DNA of 37,209 nucleotides. Origin: Verrucomicrobiota bacterium. GTDB lineage: Bacteria > Verrucomicrobiota > Verrucomicrobiia > Limisphaerales > UBA1100. This document shows, in pieces, positions 17,019 to 26,264 of this stretch (positions are counted from its first letter, which is position 1; the number at the start of each line of letters is the position of its first letter). Below the pieces are notes generated by a model. It did not search any database, had not been told where the DNA came from, and was given only the letters and a program-made list of their open reading frames with translations. The stretch is from assembly GCA_028872645.1 (NCBI GenBank), contig JAPKDK010000003.1, positions 1 to 37,209 of the forward strand, in the 5' to 3' direction. The position numbers and the translations under genes are program-made.

Positions 17019-18610
17019 TTTTTATTTTTGTTCTTCTTTGATTTGTTTGATGGCTTGGGTAACACGTTGGCGCGCTTGGCCCAGGCCTCCCACATAGCCT
17101 TTAGTTCCTGTGCCTTGTCGGCGCGTTGATTAATGAGATTCACCCTCTCGGTGCGATCTGTCTTTAGATTGTATAGCTCCCACTCCTGCTTGCGAAAACG
17201 CGCGTTTGCAACGAGCTTCCAATCGCCTGAACGTACCGCGCGGTTGCCCACGTGTTCCCAGTAGATTCCTGCACGATCAAGCGGCTCATCAGTAAACGTC
17301 GGCACCAAACTGCGCCCTTCCAATGGCTTAATGACGTGATCCTTGAATTTTTTTGGATAGGCCGCTCCAGATACATCCACGCACGTGGCCATAACATCAA
17401 TCACATGGCCCGGTTGATGACGTAATTTGTTCTTTTCCTCAATCCCATCTGGCCAATGAGCGATGAGTGGAGAAGCAATGCCTCCCTCATGATTATCCTT
17501 CTTGAAAAACTGGAATGGCGTGTTGCTCGCGTTGGCCCAGCAGAGACCGTAGCTAGCAAAGGAACTGTCGGTGCCAATCTTGCCACCCTTTTTTCGCTCG
17601 AAACCGAACAGGCCAGATTCATCGCACCCGCCATTATCTGCCAAAAACAAAACTAGCGTATTGTCGCGCTGACCATGTTCATCTAATGTAACCAGAATGC
17701 GACCAATACTTTGGTCCATGCTATCTATCATTGCTGCATAAATCGCCATCCGCTCGTCCATCTCCTTTTTCTTCGATTCATTAAGCGAACTCCAAGCCGG
17801 TGCCTTGTTATGGCGGCCACTAATCGGCCAGCGTTGATCGACAATGCCCATCTCTAACTGGCGCGCATGACGTTCAACACGCAGATTGTCCCAGCCTTTC
17901 AGGTATTTGCCTCGATATTTTTCAATGTCCTTCTCGAGTGCATGCAGCGGCCAGTGAGGTGAGGTGAAGGGTACATATAGAAAGAATGGCTGTTCCTTTT
18001 TCTCAACCAAGTGTTCGCCAATAAACTTCGCGGCGTATTTCCCAATTTCAGTAGTGTAATAAAAATATTTCGGAAACTCCGTGATGGGATCGTTTCCAAG
18101 CGTAAGTGTATTTGGAGTATAAAAACTACCTGCACCAGCAATGGTACCAAAGAAGCGATCAAACCCACGCTGCCGTGGCCAGTTTTCCTTGGAGCCGCCG
18201 GCGAGTTTGTTTTTGTTCTCGGTCAAATGCCACTTGCCGGTCATGAAGGTCGCGTACCCTGCGCCCTTCAGCACCTCGGCAATGGTCACGCACTCTTTAG
18301 TAATGTGGCCGACATAACCGGGCGTGGACGTTGGGTTGGTCATCGCACCCACACCTGCCTGATGCGCATAAAGACCGGTCATTAAAGAAGCCCGTGTGGG
18401 GCAGCAGCGCGCCGTGTTATAAAACTGCGTGTAACGCAAACCGTTGGCCGCCAGTTTGTCGAGATTGGGAGTCTGTATTTCGCCGCCGTAGCAACCAATG
18501 TCCGAAAACCCCATATCATCGGCCATCACCAAAATAATATTCGGCCGCACGGCATCTTTGGCAGACGCGGTGACTGCCAACAAAATAAATAGTGCAAACA
18601 AGTGTTTCAT
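17015..18610 (-). CDS. Arylsulfatase (AtsA-like)
   Basis: RPNIILVMADDMGFSDIGCYGGEI, CCPTRASLMTG, GKWH, PHWPLHA, WANASNTPF, HEGGI. Start at ATG 18610 (MKHLFALF, signal peptide). Confidence 0.93.
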   Translation of the reverse strand: MKHLFALFILLAVTASAKDAVRPNIILVMADDMGFSDIGCYGGEIQTPNLDKLAANGLRYTQFYNTARCCPTRASLMTGLYAHQAGVGAMTNPTSTPGYVGHITKECVTIAEVLKGAGYATFMTGKWHLTENKNKLAGGSKENWPRQRGFDRFFGTIAGAGSFYTPNTLTLGNDPITEFPKYFYYTTEIGKYAAKFIGEHLVEKKEQPFFLYVPFTSPHWPLHALEKDIEKYRGKYLKGWDNLRVERHARQLEMGIVDQRWPISGRHNKAPAWSSLNESKKKEMDERMAIYAAMIDSMDQSIGRILVTLDEHGQRDNTLVLFLADNGGCDESGLFGFERKKGGKIGTDSSFASYGLCWANASNTPFQFFKKDNHEGGIASPLIAHWPDGIEEKNKLRHQPGHVIDVMATCVDVSGAAYPKKFKDHVIKPLEGRSLVPTFTDEPLDRAGIYWEHVGNRAVRSGDWKLVANARFRKQEWELYNLKTDRTERVNLINQRADKAQELKAMWEAWAKRANVLPKPSNKSKKNKNKK

Positions 18611-18660
18611 GCGGGAAATAAATTTACTGTGTTCTTCACGCAACGGGAAGTCATTTTATG

Positions 18661-18746
18661 AACCGCCAAGGCGCAAGGATACCAAGTTATTTGCACAAAA
18701 AAGCGAGACGAAGCCCGCTGTGAAACTCTGTGCCTCCGTGGTGAAA
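18661..18746. repeat. Hybrid or degenerate REP-like element (CGCCAAG-type left arm, CACAGAG-type right arm)
   Basis: AACCGCCAAGGCGCAAGGATACCAAG at 18661-18686. CTCTGTGCCTCCGTGGTGAAA at 18726-18746 has one mismatch to the right arm at 10866-10885. Confidence 0.7.
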
Positions 18747-18747
18747 A

Positions 18748-19830
18748 TTAGTTCACCGGCTTTTTGGATGCCGCGCGGATAGCGTCATGATGGCGGGACA
18801 TATAATAGAAGCTCTGCTTGCTGCTGCGTTCGCCGAGGCAGAATTGGAACTCGATGCGATAACCGCCCTTCGGCCACGACGGGCCTACGAGCGCGAGCGC
18901 GTTGACCGTGGTGCTAATGCTCTGGCCGGGCTTGAGCGTCACGGCCTCGGTCGGGCGTAATAAACCAATCGAGCCGGGCACAGTATAGGATTTGCCTTGG
19001 CACATGATCACGAGACTCTCTTTCCAAAGAATACGTTTACCTGCTTGGCGCAGGGCATCCACGGTCACAGGTTTGGCGGTGGGATTAGTGATCGTGATTT
19101 TATATTGACCGTCACCATCGGGATTGGTCCATTTGATAGCTTTGGTCGGCGGCACTTTTTCCACTGTGTAATTCACCACACCACCTGCCAGCAACGCGGG
19201 CCGACCGGTCACGGAACACATGTGTTTGGCGTCCGTTTCCTGCGCTTTGGGCCAAGCGCGTTTTTTTTGTGCGGCCCATGGAGAAGTAAGTTTGCCGTTC
19301 ACATTTTTCCAGCCCATCGGCAGTTCGCACGCAAGCTTGATGGCGGCAAGCTTCTTGGCGTCCACCGCTTCCACGGCCTCGATGCGAAGACTGCCGCGCA
19401 CTTTGGAAATAGCCACGATCACTTTGCCTTTGGGATAAGCCGGCTTTTGCATTTGGCGGGCGGAATGGTTGGCCGTCAGGTTAGCGCCCGGCTTGATGTC
19501 ACCGCGCAACACGCCATCGATATCCAGTGTGAGGGTGTGGTTGAAAATGGGTGGCAACGATCGGGAAGTCGGCCCTTGTTTGATGTTGGCAACAGTGCCA
19601 GTGACAACAATTTGTTTCTCTGCCCAGTTCACAGCCTGTGGCTTGACTGGCCCACGACCAGGGAAGCGCCCCGGCAATCCACCAGGCAAACGACCCGGCA
19701 ACGGACGCACTCCCGGCTGAATGGCCGGACGCGGCGTAGGCCGGACTTGGGGAGGGTCTACCGCAAAACCACCAAGCGGCAGGCAGAGGATTAACACTGA
19801 GGGGATGAGCTTATGCGTATTCATTTTCAC
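18748..19830 (-). CDS. Secreted hypothetical protein with a Pro/Gly/Arg-rich N-terminal linker
   Basis: 360-aa ORF filling the gap. Signal peptide, then PGVRPLPGRLPGGLPGRFPGRGP. No family recognised. Confidence 0.75.
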   Translation of the reverse strand: MKMNTHKLIPSVLILCLPLGGFAVDPPQVRPTPRPAIQPGVRPLPGRLPGGLPGRFPGRGPVKPQAVNWAEKQIVVTGTVANIKQGPTSRSLPPIFNHTLTLDIDGVLRGDIKPGANLTANHSARQMQKPAYPKGKVIVAISKVRGSLRIEAVEAVDAKKLAAIKLACELPMGWKNVNGKLTSPWAAQKKRAWPKAQETDAKHMCSVTGRPALLAGGVVNYTVEKVPPTKAIKWTNPDGDGQYKITITNPTAKPVTVDALRQAGKRILWKESLVIMCQGKSYTVPGSIGLLRPTEAVTLKPGQSISTTVNALALVGPSWPKGGYRIEFQFCLGERSSKQSFYYMSRHHDAIRAASKKPVN

Positions 19831-20072
19831 AGGATGTCAGACGGGGATTCTACAAGATCGACCCAAATTTTAAAGGGGTTTTTTTGAACACAGATAAGCA
19901 GGAGATTCAGGGTCTATATTAAGATTTATCGTGGATATCCATTTTCATTTCTTCTCAAGAATTAGTGTCACAATCTTATTCATGGAAGCGGTCAGTAGCT
20001 TAAATCAAATTTCCTAAATGATGAAAAGTCTTTGCTGGCAGGGGTTCCACAGAATACTATCAGCGCTCTTAC

Positions 20073-21113
20073 ATGAAGGCACTGCTGCTCGAAGAATACA
20101 AGAAACTGACCGTTACTGATATGCCCGAACCGGAGTTTGGTGAGCACGACGTGCTGATTCAGATCAAGGCATGCGGTATTTGTGGCAGCGATATCCATGG
20201 TTTTGATGGCTCCAGCGGGCGGCGCATCCCTCCACTTATCATGGGCCACGAGGCGAGCGGTGTAGTGGCCAACACTGGCAGTGCAGTCACCAAGGCAAAG
20301 AGTGGGGACCGCGTCACGTTTGACTCAATGGTGTCGTGTGGCCAATGCGGCTTTTGCGAACGTGGGCAAATGAATCTGTGCGATGAGCGCCGTGTCCTGG
20401 GCGTTTCCTGCGATGATTACCGGCAGCATGGTTGCTTCGCCGAGTACGCAGTTGTGCCCGAACACATTATTTACCCTATGCCAGATAACCTCGCCTTTGA
20501 GCACGCTGCAATGATCGAGCCAGTCTCCGTGGCAGTACATGCGGTGAAGCGCACCCCAATCACTGAAGGTGACACTGCTGTGGTGGTCGGTGCGGGCATG
20601 ATCGGACTGCTAGTTGTGCAGGCTTTAAAGGCTGCGGGTTGCGGTAAGGTTATTGCCGTCGACTTGGCTGAAGAGAAACTGTCATTGGCAAAAGATCTCG
20701 GTGCAGAAATCGGCATTAACCCCAATAGCACCGACGCCGTTCAGAGTATTCGAGAAGCAACTGGCGGCGATGGTGCTGACATCGCGATGGAAGTCGTAGG
20801 AGCAACGCCTACCGTGCAGACCGCTATTGAAGGCACTCGTAAGGGTGGATCTGTTACCCTCATTGGAAACCTTGCTTCCAAGGTTGATTTTCCGCTGCAA
20901 TCGGTTGTGACGCGCGAACTCACTATTTACGGCACCTGCGGTTCCAACGGCGAATACCTCGAATGCATTGATCTCCTTTCCCGCGGCGTCATCAAGGTCG
21001 ATCCTCTCATCAGTGCCAAGGCCACGTTGGACGAAGGCCCCGAATGGTTCGACCGTCTCTACGCCACCGAAGCCGGCTTGATGAAAGTAATTCTGCAGCC
21101 GACAGGACCCTAG
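20073..21113 (+). CDS. Zn-dependent medium-chain (polyol/sugar) dehydrogenase, galactitol-1-phosphate/L-iditol dehydrogenase-like
   Basis: CGICGSD, GHEASG, CGQCGFC...NLC structural Zn site, GAGMIG. Confidence 0.92.
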   Translation: MKALLLEEYKKLTVTDMPEPEFGEHDVLIQIKACGICGSDIHGFDGSSGRRIPPLIMGHEASGVVANTGSAVTKAKSGDRVTFDSMVSCGQCGFCERGQMNLCDERRVLGVSCDDYRQHGCFAEYAVVPEHIIYPMPDNLAFEHAAMIEPVSVAVHAVKRTPITEGDTAVVVGAGMIGLLVVQALKAAGCGKVIAVDLAEEKLSLAKDLGAEIGINPNSTDAVQSIREATGGDGADIAMEVVGATPTVQTAIEGTRKGGSVTLIGNLASKVDFPLQSVVTRELTIYGTCGSNGEYLECIDLLSRGVIKVDPLISAKATLDEGPEWFDRLYATEAGLMKVILQPTGP

Positions 21114-21409
21114 CTTTCTTTCATCTGGCGCCTTTAAGCGAGGTTGTGAATGAGCGCATACCAACAAATCTTCGGGCTACTTATCTTTCCGTTCAAAGTT
21201 TGGCAGGTCGATTGGCCTTTGCGACTTGCCTCTTAGCGCTGTCACTTGTCATTGGAGACGGCAATACTGACTGGAACTCCCTATCACTGATGGCGAAAAT
21301 ATTCTTCAGAGTTGGAACGGCAGGTTGGATGATTCTGATTCTCACCGCCCGATTTGTGAAAGAGAAGCCGCCAGATTTAAAATCATCTTATTCATCGACT
21401 GTACGATAA
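21114..21409 (+). pseudogene. C-terminal remnant of an MFS transporter
   Basis: APLSEVVNERIPTNLRATYLSVQSLAGRLAF followed by two hydrophobic helices. PxxxRATxxS is typical of the MFS loop before TM11. No start codon and no N-terminal part. Confidence 0.7.
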
Positions 21410-21469
21410 AAACCCTAAGGGGTTCCCGCGATTTTTTAATGAAAACCGCTTGCGCAGAACTGAATCTGC

Positions 21470-21670
21470 GCGTGGTTAGTGGAGAAGTATGCCAACATCA
21501 TGACCGGCGTAGGAAAGACTCATTCCGACCTCGCACGCGGATTTATTAAGGCTGCAATCATCAGCCACTAGTTGCCAATGACCGACCACAATTCCAAGGA
21601 CTCACACAAATAGTGGACAAAAAAATTCCTACTGGAGAAGACGATGCTGGAAATCCGGTTTAACGGCTGA
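21470..21670 (+). pseudogene. Degraded C-terminal (TGS/DUF933) remnant of a YchF/Ola1-family ATPase
   Basis: AWLVEKYANIMTGVGKTHSDLARGFIKAAIISH*LPMTDHNSKDSHK*...MLEIRFNG* against the YchF consensus AW......A..AAG.IHSDF.RGFIRAE.....FRFNV. Stops at 21569 and 21611. Confidence 0.7.
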
Positions 21671-21671
21671 C

Positions 21672-23147
21672 CTAAATAATTTGCTTAATCGGCTCTGCCC
21701 CTTCCACGCCAACTAATTTTTGGTCAAGGCCTCGGTAAAAATAGCTCAGCTCATTGGGGTCGAAGCCGAGTTGGGCCAAGACCGTTGCATGAAGATTTTT
21801 CACGTGGAATCGGTCTTCCACGGCAGCCGCACCGAGTTCGTCGGTCTTGCCAACGCTAATGCCGCCTTTGATGCCGCCGCCGGCCATCCACATTGTGAAA
21901 CCGTAGCTATTATGATCCCGGCCCGTACCTTTGGCATATTCGGCAGTGGGTTGGCGGCCAAATTCGCCACCCCAAACGATAAGCGTTTCATCCAGTAACC
22001 CTCGTTGTTCGAGGTCCTTCAATAAACCGGCAATCGGTTGATCGGTATTACCGGCATGGTAGTTATGGTTTTTCTCGAGGTCACCGTGGGCGTCCCAGTT
22101 CGCATCGTTGTGATTGCCGCCGCTGTAAATCTGGATAAACCGCACTCCGCGCTCCACAAGCCGACGTGCAAGTAAACATTTACGCCCGAAATCCTGCGTA
22201 CGTTTTTGGTCAAGGCCATAAAGTTTTTGGATGTGATCCGGTTCACTATCAAAATCCACCGCCTCAGGTGCACTCATTTGCATTTTATACGCGAGCTCAT
22301 AGCTGGCAATGCGGGCAGCAAGATTGGAGTTGTCCGTACGTGTGCTGAGATGGCGGTTGTTGAAGCGGCCCAACGCATCAAGCATCGTACGCTGTTCATC
22401 ACGCTCCATCCCTCGCGCGTTTTTCAAATCAAGAATCGGCGTGCCGCTAGCGTTTACAGTGACACCCTGATACGCGGCGGGCATATAGCCGCTCGTCCAA
22501 TTTTTCGCACCACTTATAGGGCCGCCGGTGGGGTCGAGCATTACGACATATCCGGGCAGGTTTTCATTTTCGCTGCCGAGGCCGTAATTCACCCACGAAC
22601 CCAACGAAGGTTTTCCGCTGAGCAAGTGACCCGAATTCATCATCAACATCGCCGAGCCATGGATAGGCGAATCGGCCGTCATCGAATGCAGGAAGGCAAT
22701 CTTGTCCGCTTGCTGGCCAACGTGCGGGAAAAGGTCACTTATCTGTTTACCACATTGACCGTATTTTTTAAAATTCCATTTCGGGCCGACCACACGGCCA
22801 CCTGTCTTTTTTCCGCCACGCCCAAAAGTTTTCACGTCAATCGTCTTACCGTCCAATGGATAGAGCTTGGGCTTGTAATCAAACGTGTCCATGTGGCTTG
22901 GTCCACCATACATAAACAGAAAAATCACATGCTTCGCTTTCGCTGGCAACGGCGGCTTCTTGGGCGCAAGCGGATTGGCCCACGGCGTCTTGCCGTCTGC
23001 TGCCATCGCTTGATTGGCGAGGAAACCATCCCCCGCCATCATTCCAGTGAGTGCTAAAGAAGAGAAGCCGCCACCAACTTGGTGTAAAAATTCTCGCCGC
23101 GAGGTCTGTCCGCAAAACGTGTTTGCTGGTTTGTCAATGTTCGCCAT
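21672..23147 (-). CDS. DUF1501 family protein, Tat-exported
   Basis: SRREFL twin-arginine motif, VIFLFMYGGPSHMDTFDYKP, PSLGSWVNYGLGSEN, LLARRLVERGVRFIQ, WDAH, WGGEFGR, GRDHN. Confidence 0.93.
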   Translation of the reverse strand: MANIDKPANTFCGQTSRREFLHQVGGGFSSLALTGMMAGDGFLANQAMAADGKTPWANPLAPKKPPLPAKAKHVIFLFMYGGPSHMDTFDYKPKLYPLDGKTIDVKTFGRGGKKTGGRVVGPKWNFKKYGQCGKQISDLFPHVGQQADKIAFLHSMTADSPIHGSAMLMMNSGHLLSGKPSLGSWVNYGLGSENENLPGYVVMLDPTGGPISGAKNWTSGYMPAAYQGVTVNASGTPILDLKNARGMERDEQRTMLDALGRFNNRHLSTRTDNSNLAARIASYELAYKMQMSAPEAVDFDSEPDHIQKLYGLDQKRTQDFGRKCLLARRLVERGVRFIQIYSGGNHNDANWDAHGDLEKNHNYHAGNTDQPIAGLLKDLEQRGLLDETLIVWGGEFGRQPTAEYAKGTGRDHNSYGFTMWMAGGGIKGGISVGKTDELGAAAVEDRFHVKNLHATVLAQLGFDPNELSYFYRGLDQKLVGVEGAEPIKQII

Positions 23148-23178
23148 GAGTTTGTTTTAGTTTAAAGGTTTCAGTGGA

Positions 23179-26139
23179 TTAGTCGAGATAGACAAATTCG
23201 TTTAAATTCAGCACCAACAAACAGAAGCGCTGCAGGGCTTTATTTTTATCGATGCCATTTTTAGTAAAATGTTCGATGAGCTTCAGCCCATCAGCCACGT
23301 CTTCTTTTGTGGCAGGACGGCTGGTGGCGAGAGTGATGGCGCGAGTGACTTGGGCTGAGGTATCGTTGGGTTGTTCTTCCTGCAAGCGCGCGGCCAACAC
23401 CTCAGCAGAGTCGTTGAGAAATTTGCTATTCATCATCGTGAGCGTCTGCGTAGGGACGGTGGTGACGAAACGAACGTCACAGGTGTTGTCGGTGTCCGCC
23501 CAGTCGAACGCGGCGAGAAAGGGCTCTTGCAGGGAGCGTTTGACGAATATGTAAACGCTGCGGCGAACTGCGTCTTCCTTGGAGCTGCGGCCCCATGCGG
23601 CGCCGGGACGCGAGGCGGTATTAGCTACCTCGGCGGGAATCTCAGTGTAAATACTGGGACCCGCCATTTTTAAATTCAACTGGCCGGTAAGGGTGAGAAT
23701 AGAGTCACGGATTTCCTCGGCGGTGAGGCGGCGCATATCAAACCGCCAAAAGAAATCGTTGTTCGGGTCAGCAGCGAGCGCGGCTTGATTCCCGCTTGAA
23801 GCCATTTGATATGTACGGCTCATCATGATGAGCTTGTGCATACGCTTGAGTTTCCAGCCGCCGTCGACTAACTCGGCGGCGAGCCAGTTAAGTAACTCCG
23901 GATGCGTAGGTTGGTCACCAATGTGGCCAAAATTATTCGAGCTGCGCACAATGCCACGGCCAAAATGATGTTGCCAGAGACGATTGGCCATCACCTTGGC
24001 GGTCATTGGGTTGTTCTTGCTTGCGATCCACTCGGCCAAGACACGACGTTTACCGGAAGTCTTTCCAGTATTATAACCCTCAGGAATCTTTACTTCAGAG
24101 GCACTGAGAATCTGCGGGAATGCAGGAACAACTTCCTCACCCTGAAGCTGTGGGTTTCCCCGCCTGAGTACCCAGGTCTTTTGTCGACCTCGTTCGCCAA
24201 CAGCCATGGCAAACTCTTCTTTCACCGCAAACTTCTGTTGCTCCAGAGTGGTGAGTTGCTGATGTAAATGATTATACTCAGCCAACTTAGCATCACCCAA
24301 AATAGCCTTACCATGTAATCGAGCCAGAATTGGAATCGGGGTAATATTGTAGTCAACCAACAACCCTGCATCTATGTACTGGCCTCCAGCGGTTTGACGA
24401 CAGTGAATGGCGATTGTGTTGCGGCCGGTTTGCAAAACATCAAGCGAGGCTTCGGTGATATCCACGTCAACATAACGACCAATATGACCAGTGAAGGTTT
24501 TTATCTGTTTTCCATTCAGGTAGACTTCAGCATCCTCATCATGGTGAATGCGTAGGACAAGCTTGCCAGGAATTTCCACAAGACGGAAATCCTTCCGCAA
24601 CCAGATATCACTTGTCTTCCACTCGGTACGAACGTGACCACCCGGCGTGCCCTTGCTGCCGAATCCAGACCAATCCTTTTTCCATTCTCGGTCGTTGTAG
24701 GCAATTTCAAACCAATTGTCGCCAGGCTTGGTGGTTGTGTATTCCCAAATCTGGCCCTTACCACGGGCCGCATCAGGGAGTGCATAAGGATTCTTCAGCT
24801 TATTCCTCTCCTTTCCATCCGCCTTATCCCGAATAGTAGGATTTTTCACCGCATAACCATCAATCAAAGCTTCCTCTATTGGCTCAAGCTTGGATTGAAT
24901 CGCGGTAATCACCTTCTGCTGTTCCGCCCGTTTCTTTTCCATCTGCGCCTTGGTATTGGCATCGGTGATCGGAACGTGATTCGTTTTCCCTTTTCCATGT
25001 GGAGAGATATCGTTGAAGAACGACAGAAGTGAGTAATAGTCTTTTTGTGGGATGGGATCGATCTTGTGATCATGGCAGCGCGCACAACCCACAGTCATGC
25101 CAAGGAATGTCTCACTGGTGGTACGCAAAATGTCATCGAGATAGTCATAGCGCGCCAGAGGACGATCTGCTGGCTCATCATCCCATATGCCGAGACGATA
25201 AAAACCGGTGGCAGTTATAGAGTCGCCCGTCTTGTCCGGCATTTCATCGCCAGCGATTTGTTCCATGACGAACCGGTCATACGGCTTGTCCTCATTAAAA
25301 GCGCGGATCACGTAATCACGGTACTTCCAAATGAGGTCTTTTTTGCTGTCGCGCTCGTAGCCGTTCGTCTCGGCGAAGCGGACGAGATCTAACCAGTGGC
25401 GGCCCCACTTCTCGCCGTACTGCGGCATGGCGAGCAGTCGGTCGATGACTTTTCCAAATGCATTGGGCGAGCTATCTTTTATAAAGGCCGCCACCTCTTC
25501 GGGTGAAGGTGGCAGGCCAATAAGATCATAATACGCACGGCGGATGAGTTGGCGTCTGTCGGCAGGGCCGTTGGGCGTAAGTTTATTGCGCGCCAACCGA
25601 TCGAACACAAACGCATCGATGGCACTGCGGCCCCAATCGTCATTGGCCACCTTGGGCGTTGGTGGGTGTTGGATTTTCTGGTAGGCCCAGTACGCTTTGG
25701 TGCGGTCGTTAATCTGTGTGTTGGGCAGCTTGTGCGGTACATCGTTGCCAGCGATTTCCAGCTTAGGATTAAACGGCGCACCCAGCTTGACCCATTGCGT
25801 GAGGATGTCGATCTGCGCCTGCGGCAGCTTGGCTTTGGGCGGCATTTCGTGATCGCCATCGCGATAGGAAAGCATATCAAGCAGCAAGCTCTTCTGAGGC
25901 TCCTTGAGATTGATGGCCGGTCCAATTTCGCCACCCGCAAGCAATCCCTCTCGGCTGGTGAGGCGAAATTGCCCCTTAAGCTTCTTCTCCTCGCCGTGGC
26001 ACTTAAAGCAATTATCCTTGAGTATCGCGTAAACCTTCTGGTCAAAAAACTCAACCTTTGCCGCGTCGGACAACTCTTGTGCCGACAACACCATGGGCAT
26101 CGCCAACACGCTCATTAACAATCGTGACCAGTATTTCAT
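23179..26139 (-). CDS. PSD1 / planctomycete cytochrome c (DUF1549+DUF1553) protein with an inserted galactose-binding-like domain
   Basis: CFKCH and CARCHDHK heme motifs, YGEKWGRHWLD, NRLWQHHFGRG, PTHPELL, RRLTAEEIRD. Start moved to ATG 26139 (signal peptide). Confidence 0.92.
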   Translation of the reverse strand: MKYWSRLLMSVLAMPMVLSAQELSDAAKVEFFDQKVYAILKDNCFKCHGEEKKLKGQFRLTSREGLLAGGEIGPAINLKEPQKSLLLDMLSYRDGDHEMPPKAKLPQAQIDILTQWVKLGAPFNPKLEIAGNDVPHKLPNTQINDRTKAYWAYQKIQHPPTPKVANDDWGRSAIDAFVFDRLARNKLTPNGPADRRQLIRRAYYDLIGLPPSPEEVAAFIKDSSPNAFGKVIDRLLAMPQYGEKWGRHWLDLVRFAETNGYERDSKKDLIWKYRDYVIRAFNEDKPYDRFVMEQIAGDEMPDKTGDSITATGFYRLGIWDDEPADRPLARYDYLDDILRTTSETFLGMTVGCARCHDHKIDPIPQKDYYSLLSFFNDISPHGKGKTNHVPITDANTKAQMEKKRAEQQKVITAIQSKLEPIEEALIDGYAVKNPTIRDKADGKERNKLKNPYALPDAARGKGQIWEYTTTKPGDNWFEIAYNDREWKKDWSGFGSKGTPGGHVRTEWKTSDIWLRKDFRLVEIPGKLVLRIHHDEDAEVYLNGKQIKTFTGHIGRYVDVDITEASLDVLQTGRNTIAIHCRQTAGGQYIDAGLLVDYNITPIPILARLHGKAILGDAKLAEYNHLHQQLTTLEQQKFAVKEEFAMAVGERGRQKTWVLRRGNPQLQGEEVVPAFPQILSASEVKIPEGYNTGKTSGKRRVLAEWIASKNNPMTAKVMANRLWQHHFGRGIVRSSNNFGHIGDQPTHPELLNWLAAELVDGGWKLKRMHKLIMMSRTYQMASSGNQAALAADPNNDFFWRFDMRRLTAEEIRDSILTLTGQLNLKMAGPSIYTEIPAEVANTASRPGAAWGRSSKEDAVRRSVYIFVKRSLQEPFLAAFDWADTDNTCDVRFVTTVPTQTLTMMNSKFLNDSAEVLAARLQEEQPNDTSAQVTRAITLATSRPATKEDVADGLKLIEHFTKNGIDKNKALQRFCLLVLNLNEFVYLD

Positions 26140-26166
26140 TGGATTGGTTATTCTCTGAACGCCACG

Positions 26167-26231
26167 AGCATACCTTGTTCGGGAAGACCTGTCTTGCATT
26201 ATTTCGGCATTTTTTATTATTAATACGACAT
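26167..26231 (-). promoter_or_regulatory. Putative AraC-activated promoter of the PSD1-DUF1501 operon
   Basis: Minus strand carries two imperfect repeats at 21-bp period, ATGTCGTATTAATAATAAAAA and ATGCCGAAATAATGCAAGACA. The second ends 17 bp before a TATGCT -10-like box. Located between the divergent AraC gene and PSD1. Confidence 0.55.
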
Positions 26232-26264
26232 GCAAGGGCAATCGTCTCCATCTCAATTTTAAAC

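Noticed and set aside
18997-19794. 265-aa plus-strand ORF
   Set aside because: Antisense to the secreted hypothetical protein, which has the signal peptide and more protein-like composition.
21044-21113. Start of the 121-aa ORF overlapping the dehydrogenase 3' end
   Set aside because: The first ~23 residues are an off-frame read of the dehydrogenase; only the downstream part is MFS-like.
22206-23057. 283-aa plus-strand ORF
   Set aside because: Antisense shadow of DUF1501.
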